From contig CAZVCJ010000005.1 in NCBI GenBank assembly GCA_964625745.1, positions 6,514-67,100 on the forward strand: DNA of 60,587 bases. Reading direction: 5' to 3'. Positions 16,904-25,577 of the stretch are shown piece by piece; positions within the stretch are counted from its first letter, which is position 1; every line of letters begins with the position of its first letter. The notes beneath the pieces are model-generated. The model saw nothing but the letters and a program-made list of their open reading frames with translations. It had not been told where the DNA came from and did no database searches. The DNA is from an uncultured Anaerolineae bacterium (GTDB lineage: Bacteria > Chloroflexota > Anaerolineae > VGOG01). Both the position numbers and the translations under genes were made by a program.

Positions 16904-18292
16904 ATGTACAGCCTGGATGATACTATTGCAGCCCTCTCTACTCCCATCGGAGAAGGAGGGATCGGCATCGTCAGGATGAGCGGCCCCGAGGCTCTAGCCA
17001 TCCTGCAAAAAATCTTCGTCAGAGGCAAACACTCCAATACCCAATATCCAGCTTCCAGCATCCAACTTCCAAACTACCTCTACTACGGTCACATCGTTGA
17101 TCCCGAGACCGCTGAGGTCATTGACGAAGTGCTGGCTTCCTACATGAAAGCTCCCCACACCTACACCCGCCAGGACGTAGCCGAGATCAACTGCCATGGC
17201 GGCATCGCCCCCCTGCGTCGTACTCTGGAGTTGTGCCTGCACCAGGGCGCGCGGCTGGCCTCTCCCGGCGAGTTCACGCTGCGGGCCTTTGTCAATGGCA
17301 GGATAGACCTGGCCCAGGCCGAAGCGGTGTTGGACATCGTGCGAGCCAAGACTGAGGCCGGGCTCAGGGTGGCCGTTAACCAGTTGGAAGGGCGACTGTC
17401 CGATCGGGTTCGAACTCTGCGCGGGCAACTCGTAGATGTTCTGGCCTATCTGGAGGCAACCATAGATTTTGAAGAGGACGAGATCCCAGAGCGGGACATC
17501 ACACCTGATCTGGAGGGAGCACGGAGGCAGTTGGAGAAGCTGCTGGCCCACGCCGACCTAGGGATGATCTATCGCCAGGGAATCCGCACGGCCATCGTCG
17601 GCAGGCCGAACGTGGGCAAGTCGTCTCTACTCAACGCCCTCTTGCGCACCAGCCGGGCCATTGTCACCCCCATCCCCGGCACGACCCGCGACATTCTGGA
17701 GGAGACCCTCAACCTGCAGGGCATTCCCCTGGTTTTGGTAGATACCGCCGGCATCGTCGCCGAGACGGAAGACGTCATCGAGCAACTAGCCATCGAACGC
17801 AGCCGGAAGGCGCTGGCCCAGGCTGATCTGGCTCTCCTGGTCGTGGATGGCAGCGAGCCTCTCACCGAAGCTGACCGCCAGATCGCTGACCTGACCACTG
17901 ACAAGACCACCATCCTGGTGGTCAACAAGACAGACCTGCCGCGAGCGGGGGGCAGCTTTGACGTACTACCTGAAGCGATGCGGGTGGAGATATCGGCTCT
18001 AACAGGAGAGGGGTTAGAGGAGCTGGAGGGGGCGATCATGGAGGTCGTTTTCTCTGGCAAAGTGCTGGCTTCCGATGAGCCTTTGGTCTCAAGCCCTCGA
18101 CACAAAAACATCCTGAAGCGGGCTTTGGACCACGTAGCCAACGCCCAGGGGGCTCACGCCGAGGGAATGCCCGCCGACTTCGTGGCCATTGATCTAACAT
18201 CGGCCGTGAACGCTTTGGGTGAGATCACTGGCGAGATGATTACCGAGGACCTTCTGGAGACCATCTTCAGCGAGTTCTGCGTGGGGAAGTAG
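16904..18292 (+). CDS. mnmE: tRNA modification GTPase MnmE
   Basis: DTIAALSTPIGEGGIGIVRMSG N-domain, G-domain GRPNVGKSSLLN / DTAG / NKTD, and canonical C-terminal CVGK. Confidence 0.93.
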   Translation: MYSLDDTIAALSTPIGEGGIGIVRMSGPEALAILQKIFVRGKHSNTQYPASSIQLPNYLYYGHIVDPETAEVIDEVLASYMKAPHTYTRQDVAEINCHGGIAPLRRTLELCLHQGARLASPGEFTLRAFVNGRIDLAQAEAVLDIVRAKTEAGLRVAVNQLEGRLSDRVRTLRGQLVDVLAYLEATIDFEEDEIPERDITPDLEGARRQLEKLLAHADLGMIYRQGIRTAIVGRPNVGKSSLLNALLRTSRAIVTPIPGTTRDILEETLNLQGIPLVLVDTAGIVAETEDVIEQLAIERSRKALAQADLALLVVDGSEPLTEADRQIADLTTDKTTILVVNKTDLPRAGGSFDVLPEAMRVEISALTGEGLEELEGAIMEVVFSGKVLASDEPLVSSPRHKNILKRALDHVANAQGAHAEGMPADFVAIDLTSAVNALGEITGEMITEDLLETIFSEFCVGK

Positions 18293-18315
18293 GGGGCAGG
18301 CTGGGTCAGAGGCCA

Positions 18316-18490
18316 GGACGACGAGGCGATGTTGGCCACGTTCAACGAAGCCTTCGCCGATCATTGGGACTTCATCCATCTGTCTCTGTGACGTCAACGA
18401 AGAGCACATCGCCCGCATTGGGCGCCAGGAAAGCTGGAGCGTGGGCTTCGTAGAGCGCAGGCGGTACGTTCTCTATCGGCGGCCTTTGTG
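18316..18490 (+). pseudogene. remnants of a GNAT acetyltransferase gene
   Basis: Two short frames: ...MLATFNEAFADHWDFIHLSL* and ...SWSVGFVERRRYVLYRRPL* look like an N-proximal and a C-terminal GNAT piece with the core deleted. Confidence 0.35.
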
Positions 18491-18523
18491 ACAACTGAAG
18501 TTGAGCGGTGGGCCAAAAGCAAA

Positions 18524-18550
18524 GCCGCCCTGCGATCAGGGCGGCTTTTA
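18524..18550. terminator. bidirectional intrinsic terminator
   Basis: GCCGCCCTGcgatCAGGGCGGC flanked by AAAAGCAAA upstream and TTTTA downstream. Confidence 0.6.
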
Positions 18551-18768
18551 CGATTGGGCGTCCGAGGACATTTGGAGACAGAAGGCCGACGGTCGGTTTT
18601 GCGGCGCTCAAACAGGGTTCGAGTCTGCCTAACGTGAAGCCGGGCATACCGTGGTTACCGGCCGTTGCGGGTCCAATCGTCCCTAGACCGCATCTACTCA
18701 CTGCAAATCTGGGATCTGAAATGCTTGCTCTTCACGTGCCAGCACTTGTACGCAATCGCCATTGTTCA

Positions 18769-19653
18769 TCAAGTAACCTCGAAGAAGAGTTTGCCAGTCC
18801 ACTCTCCGTCACAATACACCCCGACTGCGATTTTATCCCCTGGCTTGTAGGTTGCCGGGACGGTAGCCTCGATTTGGAGATTGGACCATGAGACAAGGCC
18901 ATCGGCTTGTGAACGGATAGTGCTGTCATTGAGCGAGACAAAATTCGCTCCCTGGTCATCGCCGAAGTTTTCCCCTAACAGAGTGATCGTGGTGCCGACC
19001 GGCCCCTTGAGTGGCAACATACTCTCGAGCTTGGGTTTCTTGAGAACGTCACGACTGACCAGTTTGTCGCCAACATACGATCCCGCGGATGCACCCATCA
19101 GGACGAGAAGGGCACCGTCTACGTCTGGCAGTGCAAGTGGCATGGTTGGGTCCAATACCCAGGCCTTGGCAGCGATGAACTTCACGACGCTAAGCAGGTA
19201 GACGCCGGCACCGATAAAGGTCCAGATGAGCATTTGCGTCTTGACGAGATCGCCCTGCTCCTTAGGATTGGTGGTCAGCCCGCCGCTTCTCTCTTCGACG
19301 AGACCTTGAGATTTGTACGAGACAGTCACACCTTTAGCGCCAGCAGCCGTAGCTACACTCAACCCCATCAGTACCAAAAGACGCACGGGAATACTTGGCA
19401 ACGAGGGGAGACCTGCCCCCGACTCAGATTCAAGAAAGAGGGTGCCAAAGACACTTGTGTAGGCGAACAAAGTGACCAAAGTCCACACCAGCGCCTGGAG
19501 TTTTGAAGCACTTAGGACTCCCTGCACTTGCCCGCCTACCGTGCTTTCAGAGATAGCAAGAGCCCAGGGCGCAACTTTTTTTCCCGTGACGACGTAGCTG
19601 AGAACCCAAAATACAAGCAGGGTCCCTACTCCAAATAGATATCCTGATGTCAT
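18769..19653 (-). CDS. multi-pass membrane protein with C-terminal IPT/TIG-like beta domain
   Basis: ATG 19653 with AGGAGG RBS (track start 19815 rejected). Several hydrophobic helices are followed by TITLLGENFGDDQG...LQIEATVP..YKPGDKIAVGVY. AT-richer DNA. Confidence 0.6.
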   Translation of the reverse strand: MTSGYLFGVGTLLVFWVLSYVVTGKKVAPWALAISESTVGGQVQGVLSASKLQALVWTLVTLFAYTSVFGTLFLESESGAGLPSLPSIPVRLLVLMGLSVATAAGAKGVTVSYKSQGLVEERSGGLTTNPKEQGDLVKTQMLIWTFIGAGVYLLSVVKFIAAKAWVLDPTMPLALPDVDGALLVLMGASAGSYVGDKLVSRDVLKKPKLESMLPLKGPVGTTITLLGENFGDDQGANFVSLNDSTIRSQADGLVSWSNLQIEATVPATYKPGDKIAVGVYCDGEWTGKLFFEVT

Positions 19654-19811
19654 TTTTGACCTCCTTTCTGAGATTGTACAATAGTGCGGAATCGCACTCT
19701 CTCCCGCAACGGCCGATAACTGCTGAGTATATGCAGCATTACGTATATCACTCATTTTTGGACGGATGTTTAGTACGAACTCTCCTGGAACTGCTTGGAC
19801 TCTTGTTGCCT

Positions 19812-20000
19812 TCATGTAAAAACAGCAAAAGCCAACCCCCTCCTGACCTGCGGAAAAGGTTGGCCCTCAATGTCTCATGCTCTCACCTCCTACATTGGCT
19901 ACCAGCTACATGAAAGCAGCGATGGCTAAGTGTCGGTCAATATCTACGTGCTATTGTAGCACACAACGACCCAAGCGTCAAATACAAACCGCGTCGCCAA
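19812..20000 (-). promoter_or_regulatory. promoter-leader module, copy A
   Basis: On the minus strand: TTGACG (19976-19981), N17 ending TGC, TACAAT (19953-19958), GGAGGTGA RBS, 3-codon ORF ATG AGA CAT TGA (19867-19878), then hairpin GCCAACC...GGTTGGC followed by TTTTGCTGTTTTT. About 85% identical to copy B. Confidence 0.55.
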
Positions 20001-20049
20001 TGTTCCCTGGTATTACAGATAGGAGTAATAGTAGCGATACACCAGTGCT

Positions 20050-20388
20050 TCATGCTGGTCTATTGATCCGAATCAGCCTACCCGCAAGTGAGTCATGAGA
20101 CTCGATTGCCTCATGAATGCGACTTGCCTGGCCAGTGAAGTCTAAGTCAACAGTGCATGCGATTATCCCTTTGTGCTCTGAGGATACCCCATGTAAGCGG
20201 ATGAAGTGTTTACGATTGATAGTCAATACGGCTCTATCGTCTGCACTGGCGGATGCCAACACCGCTTCATCTGGACACTCTTGATTCGCCTTGCCTGCCT
20301 CTTGAATTGTCAGTACATCGTGCCCTAATCGCCTGAGTTCCTCAACAACTGGCAAAGGGAAGTTCTCATTTGAGTACAAGCGAGCCAT
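20050..20388 (-). CDS. DUF5615-like (PIN-like/Mut7-C-type) putative toxin
   Basis: LYSNENFPLPVVEELRRLGHDVLTIQEAG...DEAVLASA..DDRAVLTINRKHF matches the DUF5615 pattern; it begins 3 nt after the DUF433 gene. Confidence 0.65.
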   Translation of the reverse strand: MARLYSNENFPLPVVEELRRLGHDVLTIQEAGKANQECPDEAVLASASADDRAVLTINRKHFIRLHGVSSEHKGIIACTVDLDFTGQASRIHEAIESHDSLAGRLIRINRPA

Positions 20389-20390
20389 GT

Positions 20391-20720
20391 TTATGCCGCC
20401 TCGTTTTCAACGATTTGTTGCTCGATTTCGCGCCGATGTGAACGGTAATAAGCCCAAGCGTTGGTCAAGTCCTCTGAGCGTAAGGTTGGATAACATCGGA
20501 GCAGGTCTGCTTCGCTGGCTCCAAGTTTCCTGAGTTGCACTAATACCCATACCGGAATACGAGTGCGTACAATGCGCGGTTCACCGCCACATATTCCGGG
20601 GGTGCTCTCGATCCCAGGAAAGGCGCCGCCAAGGTCGCGGACAATCCGCTGAAGCAATCGAGCCTTCTCTGTGCGTGTCATTGTAGAAAGCAACTGTTCT
20701 GCTGTTCGCATTGCCGTCAT
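20391..20720 (-). CDS. DUF433 putative antitoxin
   Basis: PGICGGEPRIVRTRIPVWVLV core of DUF433; ATG at 20720 (or 20711). Confidence 0.7.
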   Translation of the reverse strand: MTAMRTAEQLLSTMTRTEKARLLQRIVRDLGGAFPGIESTPGICGGEPRIVRTRIPVWVLVQLRKLGASEADLLRCYPTLRSEDLTNAWAYYRSHRREIEQQIVENEAA

Positions 20721-20774
20721 GTTATCACACTCCTCAAGAGGTGCAAAAAGCATTGGAATAGTACGCTGTCAGAA

Positions 20775-20962
20775 CAGGCAAAAGGCATCAAAAGCCCCCT
20801 CCTCCTGACCTGCGAAAAAGGTCAGCCATCAATGTCTCATGCTTTCACCTCCTACATTGGCTTACCAGCTATATGGAGACAATGATGGCTAAGTGCCGGT
20901 CAGTATCTACATGCTATTGTAGCACACAACGGCTCAAGTGTCAAAGCAAACCGCGTTGCCAA
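20775..20962 (-). promoter_or_regulatory. promoter-leader module, copy B
   Basis: TTGACA (20939-20944), N17 ending TGC, TACAAT (20916-20921), the same GGAGGTGA-ATG AGA CAT TGA mini-ORF, then hairpin CTGACCTttttcgcAGGTCAG. Confidence 0.55.
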
Positions 20963-20990
20963 GAGAACTGAACGGTGGTATAATTGCAGC

Positions 20991-23558
20991 ATGATAATCT
21001 CAGCAAAGCGTTTCTTCCAAAGAAGACTGGTGGGTATAGTCGCCACGGCGCTGTTCGTCGGCAGCTTTCTACTCTACGTCAGCACCATGGCCCCATCAGT
21101 GGCACCGGGGGACTCGGCGGAGTTCCAGTTCGTGCCCTACATCCTGGGCATCGCCCACCCGCCGGGCTACGCTCTCTACATTCTGCTGGGGAAGCTCTTC
21201 ACTCTCCTTCCCCTGGGCAGCGTCGCCTATCGGATGAACCTCTTCACCGCCCTCTGCGGCGCGCTGGCCGTTTCCCTCACTTACCTGATCATACTGCAAT
21301 TATCAGAAAAAGTAACCATAGGCCCACCCTCCCCTAGCCCCTCCCTCAGAGGGAGGGGGACTCAGATTCCTCCCCCTGGTAGAGCCTGCCCTGAGCTTGC
21401 CGAAGGGGGGAGGTTGGGAGAGGGTGGATTATGCAATGGAAATTCCACCCTCCCCCAGCCCCTCCCTCCAAGGGAGGGGAGCACCATACTCCTCCCCCTC
21501 GTAGGGGGAGCCTGTCCTGAGCGAGGTCGAAGGGGTTGGGAGAGGGTGGATTCTACAATCGCCGCCCAGGTGCCGGCTATCCTGGGCGCGGCCACCTTCG
21601 CCGTCAGCCCCAATCTCTGGCAACACTCCACCTTCACCAACGCCCACACCCTGACCGCGACTTTGGGCGCGCTGGCCCTGTTCCTCCTGCTCGCCTGGGA
21701 CAAGAGCGGCAAAGACAGGTATCTGTACGCTTTCGCCCTGGTTTGTGGCCTCAGCCTGACTCACCACCCTCTCATGTTGGTCAGCTTCCCCGCCTTCGCC
21801 GTCTTCATCCTGCTGGTCAAACCCCAACTGCTGATCAGCCCCAGGAAGCTGGCAACCTTCGGCCTTCTGTTCCTGCTCGGCCTCTCGGTTTACGTGTACT
21901 ATCCCATCAGGAGCGCGCCCCCTTTCGGCCCGCAGGATACGAACACACTGGACGGCTTCCTGCGACTGGTGACAGCGCAGGGGTTGCGCATGAATCTCTT
22001 CTCCTTCGGCTGGCGGGAGCAGCCCCAGCGCGTGCTGGCCCTCAAGACGCTCCTGGGCCTGCAATACAACGCCCCCGCACTCCTGCTGGGCATCGCGGGG
22101 GCCATCTGGCTGGCTATCAAAAGACGCAGGGCCTTTGTGCTTCTGGCACTCTTTTTCACCCTGAACTCGGCTTTCATCATGAACACCATCCAGGACGTGA
22201 TGAAATACCTGCACCTGCCCTTCATGGCCTACGCCGTCTGGATCGGCTGTGGGGCGATGGCCCTTTTCGATCTCCTGGAGAGAGGGCGGGCCAAGCCCCG
22301 CACGAAGGCCCTCTGCGCCATCGCCCTGACCCTCCTCTTGCTCGTATCCCCCTTCAAAATGGGACTGCTCAACCTCTCGCGCGTGGACCTGAGCGATTAC
22401 CGCTTCGCCGACGACTTCGTCCAGGCCACCTTCGACTACTTCCAGGATGAGGGGGGCGTCCTCCTCTGCGATTGGGACCACATCACCCCCCTCTGGTATT
22501 ATGACTTCGTCGAGGGGCGGAAGCCCAGGGTCGAGGCTAAGTTCGTGCCCGCTGGCACGGCCAATCCCTGGCTGGAGTTGGTGGAGGCCAACCTGGGCCA
22601 GGGCCCCGTCTATCTCTCAGGCTACCGGCGTTCGGTGGCGGATAGATACCGCCTCCTGCCAGTGGGGCCTTTCTACCAGGTGCTGCCCGAACCCCTATTA
22701 GAGCCCCCGTCCATGCAGCATCCCCTGGATGCGACGGTCGAGGACGTGCCAACAAGTTGGCCTATCGCCATCCTGGGCTACGACCTGGACCGTGAGGTGG
22801 CGCGAGTGGGCGAGACCCTCCACCTGACCCTCTACCTGCAAGCCCTGCAGAAGCTAGACGAGTACTACATGCCTTATGTCCACTTAGCCCACTGGTACCG
22901 CTTCACCACCGACAGCCGCTTCCTGACCCTCTTCTGGGAACCGGGCCAGGTGGTGGCCGAGCGCTACGACGTCACCATCCCCTTCGGCACCGAGCCTGGC
23001 CAGTATCCCCTGGAACTGGGGATCACCTCCCTCTCGCGAGGGCAGGACCTGCCTCTCTCCAGCGGGGGCACCACCATCGAGTTGGCGACGGTGCGCATCG
23101 AGGCGAGCCAGATCCAGCCGCCCTCAGACATCACAAAAAAAGCCCTGGCCAACTTCGACAGCAAGATTCTGCTGGAGAAAGCCAGGACCAACCCAACACT
23201 TGCGCACCCAGGTCAAGCTCTTTCTATCACCCTCTATTGGCGGGTGCTGCAGCCCATGGATGAGTGCTACACTGTCTTCGTCCACGTCATAGATCCATCG
23301 AACCGTATCTGGGGGCAGAAAGACTTCACCTCGCTGGGCGGCAGCTATCCGAACTTCCTGTGGATTCCCAAATGGCTGGAGGGACAGGTCATTGACGACC
23401 GCTACACCGTCATCCTCGACCCCCAGACGCCGCCGGGGGAGTACTGGGTCGAGGTGGGGATGTACGGCATCGCCACCACCAGGCGCGTGCCCATCTTTGA
23501 CGGAGAGCTGAACCTGACCGGCGATAGAGTCATCCTGGGCAGCATTCGCGTGGAGTGA
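20991..23558 (+). CDS. DUF2723-family polytopic membrane protein (putative glycosyltransferase)
   Basis: N-terminal APSVAPGDSAEFQFVPYILGIAHPPGYALYILLGKLF is the DUF2723 signature, followed by many TM helices and a large C-terminal soluble part. Confidence 0.75.
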   Translation: MIISAKRFFQRRLVGIVATALFVGSFLLYVSTMAPSVAPGDSAEFQFVPYILGIAHPPGYALYILLGKLFTLLPLGSVAYRMNLFTALCGALAVSLTYLIILQLSEKVTIGPPSPSPSLRGRGTQIPPPGRACPELAEGGRLGEGGLCNGNSTLPQPLPPREGSTILLPLVGGACPERGRRGWERVDSTIAAQVPAILGAATFAVSPNLWQHSTFTNAHTLTATLGALALFLLLAWDKSGKDRYLYAFALVCGLSLTHHPLMLVSFPAFAVFILLVKPQLLISPRKLATFGLLFLLGLSVYVYYPIRSAPPFGPQDTNTLDGFLRLVTAQGLRMNLFSFGWREQPQRVLALKTLLGLQYNAPALLLGIAGAIWLAIKRRRAFVLLALFFTLNSAFIMNTIQDVMKYLHLPFMAYAVWIGCGAMALFDLLERGRAKPRTKALCAIALTLLLLVSPFKMGLLNLSRVDLSDYRFADDFVQATFDYFQDEGGVLLCDWDHITPLWYYDFVEGRKPRVEAKFVPAGTANPWLELVEANLGQGPVYLSGYRRSVADRYRLLPVGPFYQVLPEPLLEPPSMQHPLDATVEDVPTSWPIAILGYDLDREVARVGETLHLTLYLQALQKLDEYYMPYVHLAHWYRFTTDSRFLTLFWEPGQVVAERYDVTIPFGTEPGQYPLELGITSLSRGQDLPLSSGGTTIELATVRIEASQIQPPSDITKKALANFDSKILLEKARTNPTLAHPGQALSITLYWRVLQPMDECYTVFVHVIDPSNRIWGQKDFTSLGGSYPNFLWIPKWLEGQVIDDRYTVILDPQTPPGEYWVEVGMYGIATTRRVPIFDGELNLTGDRVILGSIRVE
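21324..21549. repeat. two tandem ~105-bp palindromic elements inside the DUF2723 CDS
   Basis: Copies at 21324-21427 and 21445-21549 (period 121 bp). Each begins CCACCCTCCCC and ends GGGAGAGGGTGG. The ORF stays open although the two copies are read in different frames. Confidence 0.8.
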
Positions 23559-23840
23559 GGAACAACGGACTATAGGATTTAACGGACTGGTTGCACACAA
23601 CGGCCATTCGCGAAAGCGCCGGCTGAGTAGGCTTGGAGCGTAGCGGAGAGCCGTATCGAAGCCAAGCGGGACACTTGGCCAAACCCGCTCGCTTGATTTC
23701 GATACACCTACGGTTACTCAATCAGCGCTCGCTGTGATGGCCGAAGGTCTCCGACCGAGCTCCTTTCGCCCTGGTCAGAGACCTTCGGCGATCAAGGATT
23801 CACGGATCAGAATAATCCGCTAATCCTGCCAATCCGTGTT

Positions 23841-25082
23841 CTATATCCTCCCCATCAACCGCCGCAAGTCCTCCATCGTCGGCTCGATGAGGTGAGGCTG
23901 GCCAGTGGCCTTGATGGCGCCGGCGACGTCCTTGAGGCCGTTGCCGGTGACCACTACCACGATGCGCTCCTCAGGATCAATGCGGCCCTCGCGCACCAGC
24001 CTGGCCAAACCGGCGAAGCCCGTCGCCCCGGCGGGTTCCGCGAAGACGGCGGCCTGCCGCGCCAGCACCCGCATGGCATCCAGGATCTCCTCGTCGCTCA
24101 CCGTCACGTACTCCCCGCCGGTCTGCCGCACCGCCCGCAGGGCCTTGATGCGGTCGCGGGGCACACCCACAGAGATGCTGTCGGCCAGGGTATCGAGGAC
24201 GACGGGCTTGATCTCCTCTGTGCCCTCTCGCCAGGCCCTGACCAGCGGGGCTGCCCCCTCTGCCTGCACCCCCATCAATTTCGGCATCTTATCAATGAAA
24301 CCCAGGGCACGCAGGTCCTTGAGCCCTTTCCACAGCCCGCCGATGATGCCGCCGTCGCCGACGGAGACAAAGACGCGATCAGGCGCCTCCCACCGCAATT
24401 GCTCGCAGATCTCCAGGGCGGCCGTCTTCTTCCCTTCGGAGAGGTAGGGATTGAAGGCCGTGTTGCGACTGTACCAGCCATATTCTTTTGAGGCCTCCAG
24501 GCAAAGGTCGAAGGCCTGATCGTAGGTGCCCTCCACCATGATCACGTTGGCCCCAAAGATGAGTAGTTGGGCCACCTTGGCCTGGGGAGCCGTCTGGGGA
24601 ACGAAGATGTAGGTGGTCAGCCCCACGCTGGCGGTCAGGCCGGCCAGAGACGAAGCGGCGTTGCCTGTGGAAGCACAGGTCATTATGTCGCGCCCCAGCT
24701 CCAGCGCCTTGACCACCCCTACCGCGCTGGCCCGGTCTTTGAATGAGGCCGTGGGCTCCCGACCGTCATCTTTGACCCAGAGATGCTTGAGACCCAGCCG
24801 TTCCCCCAGCCGCTCGGCCCGATACAGCGGCGTCCAGCCCACCTGCAGCGGCGGGGCGAGGCTGAGATCGGCGATGGGTAAAAGGTCAGCGTAGCGCCAG
24901 ATGGATCTGGTCTGCTGGTCCTGGGCCAGATGGTCCTTGGTCAGCCGCCGACCGATGAGCTTATAGTCGTACACGACGTCCAAGGCGCCCTCGTCGCCAT
25001 GCTTAGGGCAGACGTAAAGCACCTCATCAACGTCGTACTCCGCACCGCAGAGAACGCATTTCAAACCGAGGACGTGATCCAT
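23841..25082 (-). CDS. thrC: threonine synthase
   Basis: N-terminal Cys-cluster LKCVLCGAEY...YVCPKHG, PLP-lysine motif SFKDRAS, GNAASS. Confidence 0.9.
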   Translation of the reverse strand: MDHVLGLKCVLCGAEYDVDEVLYVCPKHGDEGALDVVYDYKLIGRRLTKDHLAQDQQTRSIWRYADLLPIADLSLAPPLQVGWTPLYRAERLGERLGLKHLWVKDDGREPTASFKDRASAVGVVKALELGRDIMTCASTGNAASSLAGLTASVGLTTYIFVPQTAPQAKVAQLLIFGANVIMVEGTYDQAFDLCLEASKEYGWYSRNTAFNPYLSEGKKTAALEICEQLRWEAPDRVFVSVGDGGIIGGLWKGLKDLRALGFIDKMPKLMGVQAEGAAPLVRAWREGTEEIKPVVLDTLADSISVGVPRDRIKALRAVRQTGGEYVTVSDEEILDAMRVLARQAAVFAEPAGATGFAGLARLVREGRIDPEERIVVVVTGNGLKDVAGAIKATGQPHLIEPTMEDLRRLMGRI

Positions 25083-25230
25083 GGTTACCTCCCATAGTGC
25101 TCTTTCACAACAGACCCTGATTTTTCGCCGTGCCCGCTTAGCGCTGCGCTAAAAGAACAAAGCCCTACGGGCTAAAACCTGGCCCCGAAGGGACTCCGTT
25201 CTTCCAGCATGGGGGTTCAGCCCATGCGCG

Positions 25231-25446
25231 TCAAGCTAACTCGAAGGCAGCAAGGTCTTTTCGCTGTTTCTCCTGTCGCCCCCGTGCCTCCCGCCAGGCG
25301 CGAAAAGCCTGGTACTCGGTGATGGGGATGATAGCAGCCACCGGCTCACCGTCTCGCTCCAGGACAAACGGCTCCCGGCTCAGGGCCTCTTCCTCGATGG
25401 CCAGAGTGTAGGGAGCATGGGCTTCTTTCAATGCCACTCGTCTCAT
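25231..25446 (-). CDS. small Phd/YefM-like antitoxin-type protein, no partner toxin
   Basis: 71 aa; PFVLERDGEPVAAIIPITEYQAF resembles the Phd/YefM N-terminal pattern; no ORF downstream. Confidence 0.4.
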   Translation of the reverse strand: MRRVALKEAHAPYTLAIEEEALSREPFVLERDGEPVAAIIPITEYQAFRAWREARGRQEKQRKDLAAFELA

Positions 25447-25577
25447 AGGGCATCACCTCGCTTCAATAGCGAGTATACCAGCAAACTGTAGTTTCGTCAA
25501 GATGGAAAGCTGCCCCGCCTTGAGCATTTCGCCATCTTGTGGTATCATATTGGAAGTTGGAAGCTGGAGGTTGGATT

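Noticed and set aside
18600-18640. tRNA or tmRNA fragment suggested by GGTTCGAGTC
   Set aside because: The flanking bases (CAGGG / CTGCC) cannot form a T-stem. I could build no acceptor stem or anticodon arm on either strand.
20050-20753. The DUF433/DUF5615 cassette as an integron cassette in reverse orientation
   Set aside because: No RYYYAAC/GTTRRRY cores are present at either boundary. Its flanks are 175-bp direct repeats of a promoter-leader module, a different architecture.
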